DNA of 64,000 bases from Lenisia limosa (taxonomy: Eukaryota; Protista; Breviatea): the NCBI GenBank assembly GCA_001655205.1, contig LPNZ01010852.1, forward strand, positions 8,273-72,272, given 5' to 3'. Of this stretch, positions 58,421-64,000 are shown one piece after another (positions within the stretch are counted from its first letter, which is position 1; each line of letters opens with the position of its first letter). The notes beneath the pieces are model-generated. The model made no database searches. It had not been told where the DNA came from and worked only from the letters and a program-made list of their open reading frames with translations. A program made the translations under genes and the position numbers.

Positions 58421-61400
58421 CTAGATTTCGCCGCCGATGAGCTCGCCATCACCAAGGTCAGTGGCCCTGGACACTAGGTCGGCCTGCTCCTGACGGTCAA
58501 CGTCTCGGTCCCCGCTGGCGACACTGGCCATAACGGGCCGGCCAACGTAGGTCTGTTAGAGNNNNNNNNNNNNNNNNNNNNNNNNNNNNNNNNNNNNNNN
58601 NNNNNNNNNNNNNNNNAAGGGGCCTACCGGTCTGGAACCAGATGACGTTTCGATAGCACGTGACACGTACTGCCATGCACCCTGGTTTCGCGGTTCCTCC
58701 TGACACCAAACTACTTCGGCATTGGGGTACCTGAACTGTCATTTTTGACCTGTACACGATAGCACTGATGTGCTTTTGCTAAATAACACTGGTGGTAATA
58801 CCCACTTTTCGACCTGCTCCTTGACCTGATGGAACGGGAATGGAGACAACTGCTCAATACGCACCACAGCAATGTCGTGGAGGCCTGAAGTGTCAGAAGG
58901 TGATTGCAAGATCCCCCAGCAGCCAAGGACCCACCTCTTTCCATCCTCTCAGCATCGAGGTCGTAGTACACCTGGCCGGAGCAGAAGATGAGACGGCGCA
59001 CGTTCTAAAGTGTGACAAACATAAGCTCCAGGTTTTTTACAGCAAGGCGACAAGAAAAAGACATACCTGACTCGAGAATAACACCTCAGAAACGTCAGGT
59101 ATGACGGCTTGGAAAGTGGAGTTACCTGTGGGGAGGTTGGGGCTTGGATATTTTCTGCGCAATAATCAAAATAATCCTGTCAATATGTTCCTGTAAGGAG
59201 TTGGAATCAAAGGCTAGAATTGGCACAAACCGGTCATTTCTTCAAGAGTAGACACACAGTGCGGGCTTCGGAGCAGCTTTTTCGGGCTCATCACCACCAG
59301 CGGCTACAGTATAAGCCAAGGCAACATAGCATTACACAGGATGTGAGAAATGATCCTGAAAAACGAACCTTTCTGAAGTCTCTGTAGATCTGCCTGCGCA
59401 GCGCATGGAAGTAGTTGGCGGGAGTGGAGGCGTTGATAACCTTGTTGCGTCAAGATAGTGATGGGCAGCAAAAACAAATCGGCCATGCATGGTGGGGTGA
59501 TAATTAGGGTTTCACTTCTGTTCCAGAAAGACTGATAAAATATCGATACTTTTCGAGGATTTATCGAGAAATTCAGTCTTTTTCGAACCGAAGTGGAGCC
59601 CCAGTGATAATCATAATGACCCCTGGAAACCTGCATGTTGACGTTGTGGACCTCTGCGTTGGGCGAAAGAAGGTCGTCAGGGAACTCTTCAATAGTCTGG
59701 GGATATCAGTGGTATCGCATCCAGACAGTAGAAATAACACAAAGTTGAAAACTGCGTTATGAGTAGGACTTATTGCCCTTGATTACCCCCTCAGTGGAGG
59801 AAACGCAAACCTCGTCACAAAGCTGGAGGAAACGCTCGAGCTTGGCAGATGAGTGTTCGGGTCCGCCTCCCTCGTAGCCATGGGGAAGAAGACACACCAG
59901 GCCGGACTGTCGGTTCCACTTCTGTTCGCCGCTGCTCAGGAACTGGTCAATGATAATCTGCGCAGTCAGTGTTTAATCTGCATAACTGGCGGTCAGAATC
60001 GGCATAATTGGCAACAAACCTGCGCGCCATTGGCAAAGTCGCCGAATTGAGCCTCCCAGAGGACCAGCTGGTTGGGGTGTTCCAGAGAGTATCCAAGTTC
60101 GAATCCTGGGAAGTCAATCGCTATCAACACTTGACAGTAATGAGGGGAAATTAGGGCTTCACTTTTGGCAGAGGTGGTTTAGTGAATCCTTCCTTCATAA
60201 AACCCTAATGGCATATAACGTGATATGTTGACATGAGAAATAAAACAAGATAGTAGCATATAGATATATTATAAAGTATCATATTATATTAGAACAGAGG
60301 TGAAGAAAACAGTCAATAAGGAGAGGAGGGGAGGCTTGGCCTACCGAGAGCGGCAAATTCCGAAAGGGGGGAGTTGACGACAGTGAATCTCTCTTGGTCT
60401 TCAGACTAAGGGGTGAACAACTTCAAGGTCTCGCAAGACAGTAGTAGCACCAGACATACGACGTGGTCAAGGGGAGTGTAGATGCTCCGCTGCCCCTCAA
60501 CATAGGGGCCACGATTCTGATCGTGGAGCACAACATGGCGATGGCTGCTGAGTGAGGACCAAAAAAGCTGAGATGAAATAGATAAACAGTTGATTGAACC
60601 GGAAAACACGCATTAAAGCAGTACTTCAGCAAGAGCCGCACCTGAAAGTACCTCTCTCCGAGTCTTGTCCGGCCAAACGCACAGGTACACCCTCAGCCAG
60701 GAGGGACCCGAAAGCAAGAGCCTCCGCAGTCGCCCTGGTGATGAGATGTCAAGAGNNNNNNNNNNNNNNNNNNNNNNNNNNNNNNNNNNNNNNNNNNNNN
60801 NNNNNNNNNNNNNNNNNNNNNNNNNNNNNNNNNNNNNNNNNNNNNNNNNNNNNNNNNNNNNNNNNNNNNNNNNNNNNNNNNNNNNNNNNNNNNNNNNNNN
60901 NNNNNNNCAAGATGGCGTTCGAGCAGAGGGTGGATGGTAAAGCCGCTTGGCACCTTGGTCAGTGCTTTGGAGACCCTTTGCAGTACCTGAAGGTCACCTA
61001 TTTAGAGCCTCGCTATACCTTGGAGTCAGCACCGGTACTTTCCTCGGATGACGAGCCTTGTCCCATGGATCTGAATCCTGGTACATAAGAACACTGGATA
61101 ACAACACACCAAGGGATATAGATGAATCCAGGAGGGGTATTGTCAATAAAACTTAAGATTTTTTAGTAATAAAAGGCAGCCTTCAGCTTGTCCAAGGCGC
61201 TTAGATCCGCGCAAGCGCAGTTCCAAACAGTCAACGAGCAAGGAATCGGGGAAATGGTAAACCGAAGTTAGCCAAATCCGCACGGACACTCCCTGCAGAT
61301 CTCGTTCTCACGCCAAGGACTCAACTCTTCCTCAGACTTGATTGGAGTACCAAAATTAAAAATGATGGTAGATGGAATAACTACTATAGAATATGATCCT

Positions 61401-64000
61401 AGTAAGTATAGTCCGTTAATGAGACAGCGTTTGACTTTAGTTTAAAAAGATGTTTTTGTGCCCAGTAAAAAATACGGAATTTTTTTATTCCATTTTTTAG
61501 AATTTTTGTGCCCCCCCCCCACCATCCCAGTTCTTCTCAAGCCAGTCTTTCTGATCTGTAAAGTGGAATTTGCTTCGTTGGAACGCATCACCAAGCATGT
61601 CGTAGTACTAATGGGTAAATATGCAATGTCTCATAAAAGGTGTGTATTAGCAGGAACGGGTCAGCACGCTAATATGGGTGAATATACTTATCAGCCTTGC
61701 TCAGCACCCATAAACAAGACCCAAAACCTCGTTTCTCATATCTTCGCACTCGTCAGCATTCAACACCCCGTCTTCCACAAGGCGGTTCGTGTACAATTCC
61801 TGGCAGAATGAAAAAACGACACAATATCCTCATCTTCCGCCCAGTAACCCAGAAAGAAACAGACTTAATATCACAGAAGCAAAGCCAGTCAGCAATGAGC
61901 TTACAAGTGGGTTAGGATGCTCCATGACCTGGTTATACATGTAGGGCTGGGTGAACGCTGGTTCGTCAATCTCATTGTGTCCGCCGCGTCTGCGGGTCAG
62001 ATCACATGATCGTTTAAAACAGTCAAAAACATATCCCAGAGCTAATTGTCATCTCACCTGTAACAGACCATGTCGATGACGACGTCTCTCTTAAACTTGT
62101 GGCGGAATGACATGGCCAAGTCCGACGCAAAGAGCTGCCACGTTAGCATGTCAGTTCTAGGGCTTCACTTCGGTTTGAAAAAGACCGGTAAAATATCGAT
62201 AGTTTTCGAGGATTTATCGAGAATTTTAGTCTTTTTTCGAACCGAAGTGAAGCCCAAGTCAGGTCACATTGATTCGCTTTGGAACGAATTCCGTAATATG
62301 ATAAAAGAATCCCCTCTCCGCGCAAAGAGCAGTAGGCAATATGTAGGGAGTAAGGGACCCACCACAGCTTCGGGGTCATCGCCATTGACATGCAGAATGG
62401 GGGCACCGACAGACTTTGCAACCTCGGAGGGATACAGAGATGAACGTGCAGAAATCGGATCCGTCGTGAAGCCTACATTACATTGTAAACATTCTTGAAG
62501 AAAGCCTTGTATCCCCCATGTATGAGTATTTTCCTTCCCATTTGGTAATAACAAACATGGTGAAATGCTAAAAAACTCACTCAAAATTGCTTTATATGAT
62601 TGGCAGTATTTGTTGAATAAGAATCCATTACATTATAAAAACAGTATTGTATCATGTATCAAATGAAAAGAGAGAAAACTCTGCAAACCATATGAATATA
62701 TATATATATATAATATAGTATGCCAAGGGATGGAAATGAAGTCATATCAATATTTATGACAGGTAAAATGCATTGCGACACACATCAGCTCACAAAAAAA
62801 GTGTATGGTTTTCCAGTATCATATTTATTTCATACGATAGAGCATATCCATATGAAATGAAATACATAGTTGTATATGCTGATGACCACGCCCGTTATGA
62901 CAGCCACCAACCGATCTGGTTGTTGACAATGAGATGAACGGTACCGCCGGTGCTGTAGTGTTTGGTATTAGAGAAGTCGAGGGTCTCGGCCACAATGCCC
63001 TGGCCGCAGAATGCAGCATCACCATGCAGCAGAATGGCCATGGTCTGGGGGGAGGGGTGATTAAAGCTGGTTCTTATTGTACATGTGATATGTGATTCCA
63101 AATGGAAGGCAACCCTCAATAATTATCGATTTAAGTGAAGTATACCCCTAGCCCCCATAGCACCTTGGACTTGTCGGTATCACGGGAGTAGAACTGCTTG
63201 GCCTTAGTCTTGCCGATGACGACGGGGTTGACAGCTTCGAGATGCGACGGGTTGGAGGCAAGCGACAGGTGAATCTAAAGAGTGAGCAGCTGAGCTGAGA
63301 GCCTCACCATTTTTCCTGAAGGAAGGAGACGATCGGTTGAGGTGCCGAGATGATACTTGACATCTCCAGACCCTGGAAAATAAAAGGCGACAAAAAAGTC
63401 CATTTTTCCTTGATTTACAAATTACATTTAGATGGTATTTTACCTTTGATTCACTACTCTCAGTCCAGAAAAAGGCCCTACCTTCGACAGTGTCCGTTTC
63501 GATATCAATAGCACGTTTCTTATGGAATCCGGCAAAGATCGAGTCCAAAGGCTAAGTTGTGAGTCTTCCAACCTCGTAGGCAATTCTCAACAGTTACCGA
63601 ATATCCGCCTACTCTTTGCAGGATATTTCCCAAAACGTTGAGACGGCCACGATGAGGCATTCCACAAACAAGCTGGAGGATTAGCGCTTACTATACTGCG
63701 TGTTACTGATATTGTCTGGTTTTCATCGACTGCCCACCGATTCTACTCCAAGATCGGCAGCCTTCTCGATAATGCACTCCATCATGGTGGTCATGTTCTC
63801 GGCTCCTTCGAGACCATAGCGCTGGTTTGCAGGGAATTTATTGGCAAGAAAGTCCTAGACTGTGAAGGAAGGTCCACTTGGTAAATTATACTGTATGCTG
63901 AGAAAGCAAGCAGAAAGCCGTGTGTACAGAGTTGTAAGACGAATGATTGGGTGAATTCATATCATACTATAATCCAATATCTCTTATAAGCGTGATGGTG
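58421..64000 (-). CDS. OGDH: 2-oxoglutarate dehydrogenase E1 component (5' end outside window)
   Basis: [38 protein letters not shown], ThDP motif [10 protein letters not shown]...[76 protein letters not shown]. Stop TAG at 58421-58423. Confidence 0.97.
59507..59601. mobile_element. MITE family A copy in an OGDH intron
   Basis: TA|GGGTTTCACTTCTGTTCC...CGAACCGAAGTGGAGCCC. Confidence 0.85.
60154..60205. mobile_element. Possible short relic of MITE family A in an OGDH intron
   Basis: TA|GGGCTTCACTT...AAAACCC|TA; only the left tip matches well. Confidence 0.4.
62160..62255. mobile_element. MITE family A copy in an OGDH intron
   Basis: TA|GGGCTTCACTTCGGTTTGAAAAAGACC...CGAACCGAAGTGAAGCCC. Confidence 0.9.

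Noticed and set aside
60097-60106. GTTCGAATCC tRNA T-loop/B-box motif
   Set aside because: It is the antisense of an OGDH exon (GFELGY) with no cloverleaf; I found no tRNA, rRNA, snRNA or CRISPR array in the window.

Overview
This is a gene-dense, very intron-rich eukaryotic window, most likely from a flagellated, mitochondriate protist. It uses the standard genetic code and short GT-AG introns, and it has several N-gaps. Gene order: 3' part of an axonemal outer-arm dynein heavy chain (+); an intronless head-to-head histone H3/H4 pair; a weakly supported hypothetical gene (+); an S10 serine carboxypeptidase (-); an ankyrin-repeat protein (+); a ~14 kb gene for a giant type-I membrane protein of unknown family (-); a small secreted protein (+); MutY (-); a Cys-rich type-I membrane protein (+); a membrane-tethered bZIP factor (-); the RNA polymerase III largest subunit (+); and the 3' part of 2-oxoglutarate dehydrogenase E1 (-). 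At least three TA-flanked TIR element families sit in introns. The most unusual features are: (i) the H3/H4 cassette is a quasi-palindrome, with a 152-bp palindromic promoter centred on back-to-back E2F-type sites and near-identical 3' UTRs carrying a variant histone stem-loop, wrapped around two different, strongly divergent histones; (ii) a near-fixed branch-point-to-AG spacing with no clear polypyrimidine tract; (iii) repeated short tandem duplications straddling splice junctions; (iv) an ATF6/CREB3-like bZIP with a site-1-protease motif. Exon structures were read by eye. Gene ends are approximate where stated. No database searches were run.
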